This document shows positions 11,731-24,437 of a DNA stretch of 64,000 nt, in pieces. Source of the stretch: Gracilinanus agilis (Eukaryota); contig NC_058132.1 of assembly GCF_016433145.1 (NCBI RefSeq), forward strand, positions 134,852,425-134,916,424, given 5' to 3'. The position numbers and the translations under genes are program-made. Numbering within the stretch: the first letter of the stretch is position 1; each line of letters starts with the position of its first letter. The notes under the pieces were generated by a model. That model was given only the letters and a program-made list of their open reading frames with translations, did not search any database and had not been told where the DNA came from.

Positions 11731-12890
11731 ATAACTTATAGGTCTTCTCCCTTTCTCATTCAAACTCCTAGAAAAAATTCATGTGTATGCATTGGCTCTA
11801 TTTCCTCTCCTCTTGCTAACTTCTCAGCTCCTTGCAATCTGACTTACAACTCTGTCACTGAAATGAAACCTACATTTTTAAGGCTAATAATAATTTCTTT
11901 AATTGCCATATCAGGTGGTTTATTCTCAGAACTCATCTTTTCTTGACTCATCTTCAGCATCTGATGTTACTGATCACCTCATTCCTATAAGTACTCTCTC
12001 CTACCTGAGGTTTTATGACTTTGTTTGGGTTCTCCCACCTGTATAGACATATTTCCTTGGTTACCTTTGATATATGATTGTCACTGTTCCACCCCTATAC
12101 ATGGGTATGTTCGATGACCCTATTCTCTTTTCTCATGGCTCCACTATCATCTTAATGCAGAAAACCTCCAGATCTATATCCCCCTGAGCTCTAGTCTCAC
12201 ACCATCAATAGCTTATTGGACATTTATAAATAAATATACCTTAGGCACATTCCCTTAATATGTCAAAAACAAAACTCATTAACTTTATCTTCAAACCTTT
12301 ATCTTCTTTTACTTCCCTATTTCTCTAGAGAGCAAATCAGTCCTTCTGGTTTCTCAGGTTAGCAAACCTTGGTGTCCTCATCAACTTTTTGCTCTTACCC
12401 CAGATTCAACCTCCCTAGTAGAATCAAACATCACCTTCTCTCTACTTCCCCCACCGTAATACCAGTTGTTACTCCACAGCCACACAACACTCATCACTTT
12501 CATTTGGACTATTATAAGATCCTTCTAAGTAGTCTCTTTGCTTTGAGTCTCTCCTCTCAGCAATCCATCCTGCACACTGACCAAGTGATAGTTTCAAAAC
12601 ATAGATCTGACCATCACAATTCCATGCTTGCTTCAAAGTGTGACAAAAGTACCACCTTCTCTATTGGGTCTAACCTGATCCACAAGCTGCTTGCACCTTT
12701 ATGCTCTTACAAATTCCTTTGTCTATGTTTTATATTTACTTGTATGAGTTAATATTGTTACCCATTATCCAAAATAATATAAACTCTTTGAAGGCAGGGA
12801 TTTTTATTTTTGCCTTTGAATCTCCAGTACTAGTAGAGTGCTTGGCACATACAAGGCACATAATAAATGCCTTTTGCATGCATGAAAGCA
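11730..12890 (+). mobile_element. L2 LINE, long degraded fragment
   Basis: Pyrimidine-rich L2 body ending GCTTGGCACATACAAGGCACATAATAAATGC. Confidence 0.8.
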
Positions 12891-13249
12891 GTTAACTATA
12901 TTTCTGAATGCAGTCTAGTATCAGCTCTTTTTGGCTCTTAGATCTATCACACTGCTAATTCAAATCAAAATTACATTCCACTAAAACACCTTTTTTATAT
13001 AGTCTAGCAACACCTTACCCATCATTTCCTTGTGAAGTTAATTTTTTAACCCCAATATAGAAAATAATTCTTATCCTTATTGACTTTTATCTTAGGAAGA
13101 GAGGTAAATGTAATTCTTTAGGTTAGAGTCTAGTTTGAGAAGCACTTCCAGTGTAATTGGGAAGAAAGATTACTTGGGAAGAAAGGACTCAGAGGCTAGA
13201 ATTGGGAGCACTATGGTGGAAGCTATATGTATGTTTAAGCTTAATGTAA

Positions 13250-13430
13250 AATAATCATAATTAATTTAGAGTTGCCCAACAATGGAATAGGTTACCTTGA
13301 GAGGCAATGGGTTCCTACTCACTAAAGGTCTTTTAAGTAAGGACTGGACGAACACTCATCAATAGTAATTTATCTAGGAATCTTAGTCAGGTATAGATTG
13401 AATTAGATGACCTTCCAAATCTAAATTCTG
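13250..13430 (+). mobile_element. L3/CR1 or MIR3 3' end
   Basis: CAACAATGGAATAGGTTACCTTGAGAGGCAATGGGTTCCTACTCACTAAAGGTC. Confidence 0.65.
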
Positions 13431-13554
13431 TGTTTGAGACAATGGACTAATCACCAAAGTTGTACCCACTTGTCTATATTTGTTTTAATCTTGCTCTATA
13501 ATGTATCTTGAGAAAGGCAGTAGAGATGGCACAGAAATGGGCAATGAAAGAGGG

Positions 13555-13810
13555 GAAAGAAATGGAATAAATATTTATAGAGTGCCTATTATGTTCCAGG
13601 CACTGTGCTAAACGCTTTTTACAAATATTATCTCATTCGATCCTCACAACAACCCTGTGAAGTAGATGCTATTATTGTTCCCATCTGACAACTGAAGAAA
13701 CTAAGGCAAACAGAGATAAAGTGACAAGATTTAGTATTTGAGGTTGGATTTGAATTCAGGTCTTCCTGTCTTTAGGGCCAGTGCTATATCCAATGAGCCA
13801 CCTAGCTATC
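13555..13810 (-). mobile_element. MIR SINE
   Basis: ATCTCATTCGATCCTCACAACAACCCTGTGAAGTAG...GAAGAAACTAAGGC core. Confidence 0.85.
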
Positions 13811-13947
13811 TCTTATTACTTTGGCTTTTGCATCTATAAAATCAGCCAATTAGTCTTGAGGTTCTCTAAACCTTAGCATTTCTAAATATCATGTGTTAAA
13901 TGCTCTGAAATTTCTGATATGTTTCTTTCGTAGTTGTCCCTATTCAC

Positions 13948-13987
13948 CTGAGAGGTTTCACAGTGCAGTATTAGAAAGAATACCAGA
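13948..13987 (-). other. Candidate 40-nt exon
   Basis: ctttcttctgcctag|TCTGG...CTCTCAG|gtgaat; only phase 2-0 is open (LVFFLILHCETSQ). Confidence 0.3.
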
Positions 13988-14254
13988 CTAGGCAGAAGAA
14001 AGTCTAGGATGAGTCCCAATTCCATGAAACTTTTTGTGGTCTTTTCCTTCCTTAACCCACTATTCATTTTGTACAATATACTAGGAGAGCTCTCAAAATG
14101 TACAAATATATATTTTTTGAAACAAATCAGTTTAAAATATATTCTTGAAAAGAAACATGAATTTCACATTAAAAGGAAAATTATTTGTGCTATCAACCTT
14201 TTTATTTATCTTTTATACATTTTGATTTACAAACCCACACATATGAATATAATT

Positions 14255-14470
14255 GTTTAAAATTAAATTTTATCTTTATTTTATTCCAATAACAAATTTA
14301 CATTTAAGTTTTTCAATGTTACAGGATTCATGTGTCTCTTTCTGCTCTTTCCTCCCCTCTCCCAACACTGACAAGCAATTCAACTGGGTTATAACATGTA
14401 TTATTACTCAAAATATATTTCCATATTATTCATTTTTGTAAGAGAATAATCTTATAAAACCAAAACCCCA
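14255..14470 (-). mobile_element. Marsupial L1 3' UTR fragment
   Basis: CAAGCAATTCAACTGGGTTATAACATGTATTATTACTCAAAATATATTTCCATATT pattern. Confidence 0.75.
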
Positions 14471-15459
14471 AATCAGAATTTAATCTGTTAATAATTGGAT
14501 ACATTTAACATAACTTGGAATAAAAACATAAGTCCATTCCTCCTGATCTATTCTGGCATTTTCATAAAATTCTCTAGGTCTGAAAAAAAAGAGTAAATGT
14601 ATGCGGTACTCCCTAACTCAAGAATATCTTATTTACAAGCCCTTTATTATGTCACACTCCACAAGGAGATCATATTAAGCAAAGTTCACTAGGTTGTTTC
14701 TGAGCAAGCTTTGTCCTCCATATGACTTGGCTTTATGGGTCACTGAGCCTATCTAAAGAAACACAAACATGTTGTTGGCAAGGTAAATCCTCTTAAAGCC
14801 ACAGAAATACAAGCCTTATCCCTCACTAATGAGTGTACCAAAGCTTTAACTGACAGCACCAAACTACATCTTTGGCCTCCATTGGAAAGTTGATCTTGGC
14901 GATGTAAGGCAATGAGATAAAAAGATAAATGGAGAAGTCATGCGGTGGCCTGAGAAGGGCATGAGATTAAGAATCAGAATGACTTAAGAGTTAGGTTCCC
15001 CATTCACTAGTCTTGTAACCTTCAACCAGTTAGTTCCCCCCTGATCAGTAGTTTCCTCATCTGTAAGGTTCCTAAAAGAATACCTGCCCTGCCCACTTCA
15101 CAGTGTGGTCAAGAAGGTCTAAAGAGATAGATTAGGAACTTGGGTGGAAGAGCTATAAGAATTATGAAGTACTAAACAAATATAAAATTAACTCAGATCA
15201 ACTGCTTTACTTGATTTAGAAGTCAGCAGTATGTTTTCTAATATCCTTGATCTACTTACTATTTGGGAGCAAAATAGCCACTTTTTAAGACTCCATAAAA
15301 TTACCTTCCTCAGAAAACAAGTAGATGCTATTTGGGATCAAGAAGAACATTAATTATTCCTCATGTCATTCTTAGAAGTGTAGGGTAATATGATCATCTT
15401 CCTTTATGGATAAGAACACGTAAGCCCACACGGGTAAATATTGGGTTTATCTAGAGGAT

Positions 15460-15660
15460 ACAGTGTATTAAATTTTGGATCTGGCATCAGGAAAACCTGA
15501 GTTGAAATTTAACCTTACACTTATTGGCTTGGGTGACCCTGGGCAGGCCACATAACTTCCACTTTGCCTCGGTATCCTTATCTGTAAAATGGCACATTAA
15601 GATATTATGAAATAACATTTACAAAGAGTTTTTCAAACCTTAAAGCCCTCTATAAATGTA
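15460..15660 (+). mobile_element. MIR SINE
   Basis: GGGTGACCCTGGGCAGGCCACATAAC...CTGTAAAATGG core. Confidence 0.75.
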
Positions 15661-16740
15661 CTATTAAAATCTCATAAAAGTTTTGTCTAAATCAGGATTC
15701 CTTCTAGACATTCCTGTCTCCCTTTCCTCAATTTCCTTCCAAGGGCTTTGGCTACTTTTCTCAACATAAAGACTAATTTTGTGATTTGAAAAATTGCTAT
15801 TATATTAAAGTGGGAAGTATGCATTTTTAAAAGCAAGAGGATTACAGACGTTTGCTTTTATTATGAGTTTTATTTTCTTTAGAGTAGAAATTCAACTGTT
15901 TCATTCAGGTCAATAGGGTCACTGCTTTATAGCTGCTAAATTGAACCTGAAAGAATCAATGTCTACTCTCTCTCAAGCAAATTGCTCATTCACTTTTTCA
16001 GTGATAAAACTCAATTGCTAATTCACTTAGTGTATTTTTATACCTCATGTCAGAGGCTCTCATGTGACACAAAAGAACTCGGTACACTATAGGATTTCAC
16101 ACATTTCTACCTTCTTCCATCCAAATAATCTGCGTATATCACTATGCAACTCCAAGATAGTAGGTTTCTACTAACTATCCTTGTAAGCACACAGGTCATA
16201 AGGCTCAAAGAAAAAAATTATTTAAAGGTGGAAGAAAACAAATCCCAAAGTTCATGGAAAATACTGAAACTCTTCAATGAATATCCCTTCCCCAGTGACC
16301 TGTATGGCCTCAGATCCGTAGAGGCAGTCATGTGCTAAGTGGCTTCTTTCACTGTTCCTCCTGAAATTTTCTACTCTAGCAACTAGCAGGTGGCCACTCT
16401 CATTCTTCATCTGCAGCTGCTCCCAGGCAGTTGGCTGTCACTCCTCCCACACTCTCCCAGCCATGAAGCTCCTTGGCTACTCTGCACAGCTCCAAGCAGG
16501 TGGCATCACAAACACCCCCTCCTTTTCCAGCTTCTTTATTGGTGGGGGATGCCCATTTCAGAATGGCAGAGGGAGGAACTTCTGAATTTCTCTGTCAGAG
16601 CAGCATTACAGCTGAAAATTGGATTAGGCAGGGTGTTTGTTTCTACCTTGCAATATTTCCTTTGTTCATTAGTTCCTGCTGACTCTTTGTCTCAAAGTAG
16701 TTCGTCCAGTAGCCAGAAGTGCAAACCTGCCCCCTCTTAC

Positions 16741-16930
16741 CTTTGAAAAGGTCCCCATCATTGTAGTCAAATGAGATGGGGGTGAATCTGCAATCCAGTA
16801 TCCCTTTTCCCCCCCAAAGCACCCAAGTGGCATGTTTCCCATTTGTTTTCAGTACTTCCCACAGATCTAGATGACTTGCTTCAGTTGTCCCATTAGTACT
16901 TCTGGGAATAACTAGGCTGGGTTATTTAAA
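16741..16930 (-). promoter_or_regulatory. Candidate promoter and first exon with 34-codon start (ATG at 16842)
   Basis: Minus strand: TGTTTG forkhead-like motif, TTTAAATA (16923-16930), ATG ORF MGNMPLGCFGGEKGYWIADSPPSHLTTMMGTFSK, strong donor AAG|gtaaga; lies in TE-free sequence. Confidence 0.35.
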
Positions 16931-17374
16931 GGACCAAACAAAGCTTCCAAGGCAGTAAAAGAGTAAGAAAAAAATTAAAAGAAAAAAAGGATGACAGTTT
17001 TTAACTGAAAAAGACAACAAATTAAAACAAAATAAGTTTTTCCACCTATATTATTACCATTTGCCAATAAAGAGGAAAGAGGAGAAAAAAAATTAAGAGT
17101 CTTCAATACATTTGGTACAAAACCTCTGTTTGTTAAAAAGTGAAAAATGTACTTGGAGTCAAAAGACCTGAGTTTGAATTCTGACTCCACTTTTCACTTA
17201 TTAATGCAATTTTTAAGGAAAGTAATACAGTTTTCCTCTCTCAGTTCTTTCATCTTTCTCTACCTACTTCAAAGTTCTATTTTAGTGAGCAAATAAAATA
17301 ATTAATATACAGGAAAGTTTTCACAAAGTATAGAAGTATGACACAAATATAAATTTATTATTAATTTTGCATTT

Positions 17375-17680
17375 TTAAAATTTGTTACATTAAAATGTCC
17401 AGTCAATTCCCTCCCATGGCTCCCCCAGTAAAGAAGGCAACATTTGACAAAAAATATGTCTTGTTTCTATTCATCAGTTCTTTTTCTGAAGGTGGAGCAT
17501 ACACGAGTCATTCTTCAAACAATATTTTTGTTGCTATATATAATGTTCTCTTAGTTCTGCTTATTTTAGTCTTCATAATTTCATTTAGGTTTTTCCATGT
17601 TTTCCCCAAATTCATCTGCTCATCACTTATTATGGCACAGTAATATTCCATCACAATCATGTGCCACAACTTGTTTAGCC
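17375..17680 (-). mobile_element. L1 3' UTR fragment
   Basis: AATATTTTTGTTGCTATATATAATGTTCTCTTAGTTCTGC...GCACAGTAATATTCCATCACAATCATGTGCCACAACTTG. Confidence 0.8.
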
Positions 17681-17999
17681 ACTATAGATAGGCTCTATAG
17701 GCATTATCTCTATTTTATGAAGGAAAAGGTCAAACTTAGCAAAGTTAGATGGTTGGTTCATGCTCACACAGTCAGTACGTGCTGAATGCAGGATGAGTCC
17801 CTCGTTCTCTATTGACTCCAAGCTTTGCATTCTCTCCACCTCACCAAACTTGAAAACAAATGCCTCCATCCAGATTCCTGTAATGCCTACTTGAATAAAC
17901 TTGTCTATAGTCATCAAATAAAAAAGTATAGTCTTGTGCTGAAACACCAGATCAGTAGATAAAACCAACTAGAAGTTTTAAAAAAACCTCTAAAAGGGT

Positions 18000-18617
18000 A
18001 TGTCCAATCAGTGCAGCCATTTGCAAGCATCATAACCTGTTTCCCAGTATCATCGATTCTTCTCTCTCTCTCACCAACTAAGTCCATTTAGTTGCCAAGT
18101 CCTATTGATTTTATCCATTTCTTTCTGTCCAATCCACGCCATTCTATTTAAGGCAATTACTTCCTTTTATCTGACTTGTTAATAATTGTCTGCTATGTGG
18201 TTTCCTTCTCTCCCACCCCTCCTCTCTCCAAACCATCTTCTAACACAGCTGCTGCTGATTGTTCTGAGTTAAGGCACAATTCTATCATCAAACATCCTGG
18301 CTCAAAGATCTTCATTGGCTTCCCATGCCCTAAAGGATAAAGTACAAACAATACAGTCTTCTTAGCTTGGCATTCAAGCACCTCTGCAATCTGGCAAGGA
18401 TTTACCTTTTCCACTTATCTCCTTCACACAGTCTACATTCCAAACAAACTGGTCTACTGGCTATTTCCCAAACATTGCTTCTCCTACCTTGTAGCATTTC
18501 CCATAAGGTATCTTCTGCAGAACCCGCTCCCTCTTCAAATTTTCCTATCAGAATTCTTATCTTCTTCAAAGCTTGGCAGGTGCTACCTCTCCAAAAAGCT
18601 TTTTCCTTATCTCCTCA

Positions 18618-18686
<69 letters not shown>

Positions 18687-18759
18687 NNNNNNNNNNNNNN
18701 NNNNNNNNNNNNNNNNNNNNNNNNNNNNNNNNNNNNNNNNNNNNNNNNNNNNNNNNNNN

Positions 18760-18807
<48 letters not shown>

Positions 18808-18950
18808 TAAACTGAATTCAATTTATTTATCTGTGGAAAAAATGTATCTCTCAAGTAGCATGCAAAGACTATTTTGTTTTTCTCCCTGGCACTCCACCGT
18901 TATATTGTGTTTTGCACATGGTAGGAACGTAATAAATATTTGTTAAATTA
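18000..18950 (+). mobile_element. L2 fragment containing (TC)n and a 73-N gap (18687-18759)
   Basis: L2 body and 3' tail GCACATGGTAGGAACGTAATAAATATTTG; microsatellite 18621-18805. Confidence 0.8.
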
Positions 18951-19154
18951 ATTCTCCTATATAAAATCTACAGCATACAGCACACTGTTGGTGCATAGCC
19001 AAGTGCAAATGGTATTAAGAATGGAAAAAAGCAAAACTGTGGTGTTTGAATGATGCCCAAATATGGGAATGTGGTTACAATGACCCAGAAATTCAAATCT
19101 GTTCCCCTCCCTTTTCCATTTCTGTTGTCACTCTCCAGATTCAAGTTCTCCTGA

Positions 19155-19505
19155 CTTCTTTTTTTAAAATTGTAATACATTTTTATTTTGTTCCAGATTA
19201 AATGTCAATACAATTTTTCAATATCCCTTTTGAGATATTTTGTAATCCATGTTCTTCTTTTCCCTCCAACCTCTCCTCAAGAAAGAAGGTAACATGATAT
19301 AGGTTGCATATATATTATGTATAATACATATTTTCATGTTTGTCATGTTGTAAAAGAAGATACTAGAGAAAAGTTCATGGAAGAAATAAAATAAAGAATA
19401 GTATGTTTCAGTTTGTACTCGGGCTCCATCTGTTCCTTCTACAGTGGTGGATGGCCCTTTTTTTTTGTCATGAGTCTTTTGCCTTGTATCTCCTGACTTC
19501 TTAAA
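19155..19505 (-). mobile_element. L1 3' UTR fragment
   Basis: PolyT start, GTATGTTTCAGTTTGTACTC..CATCTGTTCCTTCTACAGTGGTGGATGG. Confidence 0.8.
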
Positions 19506-20056
19506 CAATCTCAGTATCGTCTATTCTCCCTGTCTACAAACTCTTTTTCGATTCAATATGCCTATAATTTCTCAAGTAATTTTCCTCAAACACTTCTCTG
19601 ATTGTATCACTCTTTGGCTCAAAAGCCTCCAAAGGCCTCCGTGCTATCTACTCAAAACAGTCCAAATTCCTTAGCTTGGCTTTCAAGGTGCATGTCAAGC
19701 TATCTCTAACTTATCTTCCAATCTTATGTCACATCATGTTTCAGTAAGAAATCACTAGATCAGTCCGTCTGGGCTGCTCACTTTTCTCTAGGTTTGCATT
19801 AGGCTTTTTAACTTCCATATCTTTGCTTGTTTCTTTTATCATGAGGAGTACTAGGTTGTACAACATTAATTTGGTCTATAAGATATCATCCGAAGAAAGT
19901 CATGGCAGCTTGGGCCCAGAAGAGCTATAAGTGGGGGACCTTATTATCATGGCAATGCCTTACATTAGCATTGTTTACTGTAGTGAATAGAAGTAAGAGT
20001 TGATCAGCAGATGCTGCCACAATAGAGATAACAAAGGATTAGGAAAACTGATAAGT

Positions 20057-20300
20057 AGCTAGGTGGCACAGTGGAAAGACCATCTGAGCTTGAAGTCAGG
20101 AAAACTCATCTTTCTGAGTTCAAATCTGGCCTCAGACACTTCATAGCTGTGTGACCCTGGGCAAGTCATTCAACTCTGTTTGCCTCAGTTTCCTTATCTA
20201 TAAATTGAACTGGAGAAGGAAATGGCAAACCATTCCAATATCTTTGCTAAGAAAACCTAAATAGGGTCATGAAGAATTGGACATAATTGAAACAACTGAA
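20057..20300 (+). mobile_element. MAR1-type SINE
   Basis: GCTAGGTGGCACAGTGGA...CTCATCTTTCTGAGTTCAAATCTGGCCTCAGACAC...GGAGAAGGAAATGGCAAAC. Confidence 0.9.
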
Positions 20301-20701
20301 TATCAGGAAGATAATGAATTTCTCAAGAACCAGAAAGATCATAGAATTATAGATTTAGAACTGGAAAGGATCTTAGTGGTTATCCAGTTCAATTCCTTTA
20401 GTTTACAGAAAAGGAAAAAAGTACAGAGGTGTTGAGTGATTTGCCCAGTGATACACAGGTAGATCTTGGATTTGAATGCAGGTCCTCTATCTCTAAATCC
20501 ATTATGATGTGCTGCCCCCATGCCCTCACCAAGCTATGGAGAGGGTTGTGGGGATGAAAAGGTTGTCTTAGAAAGGGTTCTAAGAAAAGCCAGTCCAAGA
20601 AGCAGATCACAAGAGGAAGCTGGGGCAAAAAGGGCTGGCCCTGCAATGCTATCAGGGACAATTTTTGAGAGGGCAATTTTTTGGCTGCTGTCACTGAATT
20701 T

Positions 20702-20875
20702 TTTTTTAATTTTTAAACCCTTAACTTCTGTGTATTGGCTCTTTGGTGGAAGAGTGGTAAGGGTGGGCAATGGGGGTCAAGTGACTTGCCCAGGGTCACA
20801 CAGCTGGGAAGATTTGAACCTAGGACCTCCCATCTCTAGGCCTGGCTCTCAATCCACTGAGCTACCCAGCTGCCC
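20702..20875 (-). mobile_element. Young opossum SINE1-type element with ~17-bp TSD
   Basis: TSD CTGCTGTCACTGAATTT at about 20685 and 20876; head GGGCAGCTGGGTAGCTCAGTGGATTGAGAGCCAGG. Confidence 0.95.
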
Positions 20876-21504
20876 CTGCTGTCACTGAATTTTGATGGAT
20901 CTAGGCATCTGGTTCAAAAGATCCAATAGGCAGGCAGTTCATCAAAAGATCAATAGGCAGATCAGAAGTGGATTTCTCAGGAGAGGAACCAGGGCTAGCT
21001 ATATAGATCTGAAGGAGGGATATTATCACAGAGGTAGTCATTGAAAGCATGAGAGCTTGTACAATTTTTCATCCTTCCTTCTATATAACAGGTTCTTAAA
21101 AGACATCTGTGCAGTGAATATATTAAAGAGAATGGGAAACAGTGAGAGAGATGTGGTCATGACTCTGAGGAATGTCTTCATGCCAGGGACAGGCTCATCC
21201 ATGGGGAAAGGCAGGCAAAGAATGAAAAATATTACTATTTACTTTTTTCTAACGCTGCCTCCTCTAGAACTCAACCTGATTGGGACCTGATATCTGGACA
21301 TTCCATCCTTCTTTATCTACTGAAAATCTATGTAACGTTCAAGACCCAGTCCAAAATCTGCTGTTTTCACAAAAGTCTTCCTAAATCATCTTAGCTAAAC
21401 ATGATCCTTCTTGCTCCTAGAGCAGTGTGTACCACTCATATGGAGCTTGCCACAATATGAAATAAGTGAGTCAGAGAATTATGGAAGTAGAACAGATCTA
21501 ATCT

Positions 21505-21657
21505 NNNNNNNNNNNNNNNNNNNNNNNNNNNNNNNNNNNNNNNNNNNNNNNNNNNNNNNNNNNNNNNNNNNNNNNNNNNNNNNNNNNNNNNNNNNNNNNN
21601 NNNNNNNNNNNNNNNNNNNNNNNNNNNNNNNNNNNNNNNNNNNNNNNNNNNNNNNNN
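21505..21657. other. Assembly gap (153 N)
   Basis: Direct reading. Confidence 0.99.
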
Positions 21658-21959
21658 ATTATCTCATTATATCCTGACAACATCTCTGGGAGGTAGATGC
21701 AATCATTATCCCCATTTTATAGATGAGGAAGATGAGACAAACGGAAGACCATTGACTTATCAAGAGTCCCACAAATATTAAGTGTCTGAGGTCACATTTG
21801 CACTCTTATCTGGATTCCATGCTAAATCCACAAGCTAGTTAGTGCCAAGATGGGACCTGAACACATCTCCTGACTCCAAGGCCAGTCCATAGTGCCAAGT
21901 TGATATTCCAAGAGAGTAAACTTTCTGAGTGTAAGGATTGCCTTTTAATTAAATAATTA

Positions 21960-22600
21960 TGTGCCTGCTTTTTTCCAAAGAATTTTATAAGAGCTAAGGA
22001 TATAAAGACAAGGGGAAAAGCAACTGTTCTTAAGAAGCTTATAATCTAACAAAAGAGACAACTTGTACACACACACACATATACACACACGCAAAATGAC
22101 TAGTTTAGGGAGGGAGTGCCCCAACATCTGGTGGGATCTAGAAAGGCTTCATATACAAGGTTGCAATTGAGATAGCTTGGAAGAAAACCAAAGATTTGGA
22201 AGGGTGGAGGTGAGGAAGGAGTAAATTTTTTGCATGAGGGCAAGATTTGGCAACTGATTGGATGTGTGAGACGAGTGATAGTGAATAAAAGATGGCACCA
22301 AGATTAAAAACCTGGAGGACTAGAGGAATACTGAGAGAATGAATGGGGATTTCAAAAGGGATAAATTTGAGGAGAAAGATGAAGAATTCTGTTTTTGTCA
22401 TGCTGAGTCTGAGATGTCATTGGGATAACCAGTTTGAATTGTCAGTTAGTTAATGATGTGTGTTTGGAGTTCAGTACAACTAGGGTTGGAGGGTCATCCA
22501 CAAAGAGATAGCAATCAAACTCGGAGGAGCTTGTATAATTCTGTAACCTTCATGGTACTTTGTCCATAATAGGTCTTCAACAAATGTTTATGCAGTGAAT
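21960..22600 (-). mobile_element. L2 fragment
   Basis: Purine-rich L2 antisense, GATGAAGAATTCTGTTTTTGTCATGCTGAGTCTGAGATG. Confidence 0.7.
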
Positions 22601-24232
22601 ATATGAGTAAAGAAGAGGAAAAAGGAAGAGGGCTGTGGTCAAAATCTTGAGGAAGGTCTCCACGGGAAGAAATGTACCAAGAATGAAAAATGTCAATATT
22701 TACTTGTCTAATACTGTTCTTAAATATAAGGTTTAAAATGAGAATTTTTGTAACTTATTCAAGTCAATATTACATTTTCATGTTGGTTGTTATTTTTCAA
22801 TTATGGCTTTGGCTATAGTCTACTTCACAAAATTTTCCTCTGATCACAAATAGTAAGAAATCATATAACTTTAAATAATTCTGTTAATAATTACCTAATA
22901 ACACTGAGTATTAACCTATTTTCTTTTTAGAGGGGGATAGTTCCAATTTGCATCATGGGGAAGGCCTAAAGAAGTAAAAGACTCTCTACTTTTAAAAACA
23001 AAATCCTAAAATAAATACAAGGTAGGATCACATCTAGCAACTTTATGAAATTTCGTATTGAATTTACAACGAGTCTAAAGTTTTCTTTCTTTTAATGTCA
23101 TGTGAATCTATATTAATTCCTTTATTATAATACTCTGTCGATCAGAACCTATTAACTGGCTCTTCCATACAGCAAATTTAGTAACAATTCTACAAGCTAT
23201 TTAAATAATTAAATATAATAAGATGATAATAATACCTTACAATTATATTGTGCTTTATAGTGTTAGCTAAGTAATCTTGGGCAAGTTACTTCTTCTCCTC
23301 TGGTTGTCTCAAGGTCTCCTATTTGCAATAAGCTGAGACCACCAATACAATGACTGTATAATTGAAAAGTGCATTACAGGTTGGAATTTTTTAACTCTCT
23401 TTTCTCAGTACAATAAACAATGGTGACTAGTCCACAATGCCTATTTTCCATCTGACTCTCATGAAATTCTTGCTCCTTTCCATCTAGTAGAAAAAGAATC
23501 TAGATGGTTAAAAATACTTTGAAGGTCTAACAAGATAGTCTTGAAACATTTCATTATAAATATTCTGCATAATGTAAAACTATTATGCATAGTTTTAGAT
23601 GGGAAGAGAGAAAGACTCATCTGTGGTTCTGCCCACTTCAATTTCTGATGTTTTCCTTTCTGTCTTGTAAAAGCCCCAAAGTCAATGGTGAAAGGCGAAA
23701 AAAGGGGAGGAAAGGGAAAGAGGGGTATGTATGTGTGTATGTATGTATGTGTGTGATAGGAAAGAAGTTCATTTCATAACACCAAACTCAATCTCTAATT
23801 CCTTCCCACTGTTATTTCCATTGTTAAGATAAATTAAAAGAACTTTTTGGGGAAATAAAAACCCAAACATCCTGACTGATTATTATTTTCATAAGCAGTC
23901 CCAAAGCAGAGTTTATTCTGCCCCTTCACTAGCTGCATGGCCAGGTTATTCAACAACATTCCCCTCTTCCCACACAGGGAGGATGCTTTGCAGTGAGAGC
24001 ATACCTAGCCAAGGGAATATTTGACCTAAGTCAACTGCTTGAACTTGCCTCTCTGGCATAGTGAGACCTGGTTTCATATTTGTACATCATCTTGCCTAGC
24101 CCATATCAACAAACTTTTCCCAATAAAAACCACATTGGGAGTGGGATGTTCTTGGGAACTTTGGTGCCTTGGGGAAAGGCTCGATTTTATTCAAGATGTT
24201 GGCTATGGCAGGAGAGCATTGGGGGGGTAGAC

Positions 24233-24437
24233 CAGTGATGTCAAAATCAAACAGAAATGGGGTCACTCATCCACGTATGGATCCCTAGGGACTGCATATT
24301 GTCTTAGTTTTGGAATGTAATAGTATGTATGTTTTATTTATTTTGTTTTATATTGCCCAATGATATTTTAATGTGGTTCTGGTTGCACTTAGGAGTGTTC
24401 CAGGCCACAGCACTGGGTGGGGTGTCTGACACTTCTG
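24233..24437. mobile_element. Old hAT/Charlie-like MITE
   Basis: Degenerate TIRs CAGTGATGTCAAA and TGACACTTCTG; 8-bp flanks GGGTAGAC / GGCTAGAG (6/8). Confidence 0.55.

Noticed and set aside
18687-21657. N runs as biological features
   Set aside because: Assembly gaps of 73 and 153 N; ORFs spanning them are artefacts.
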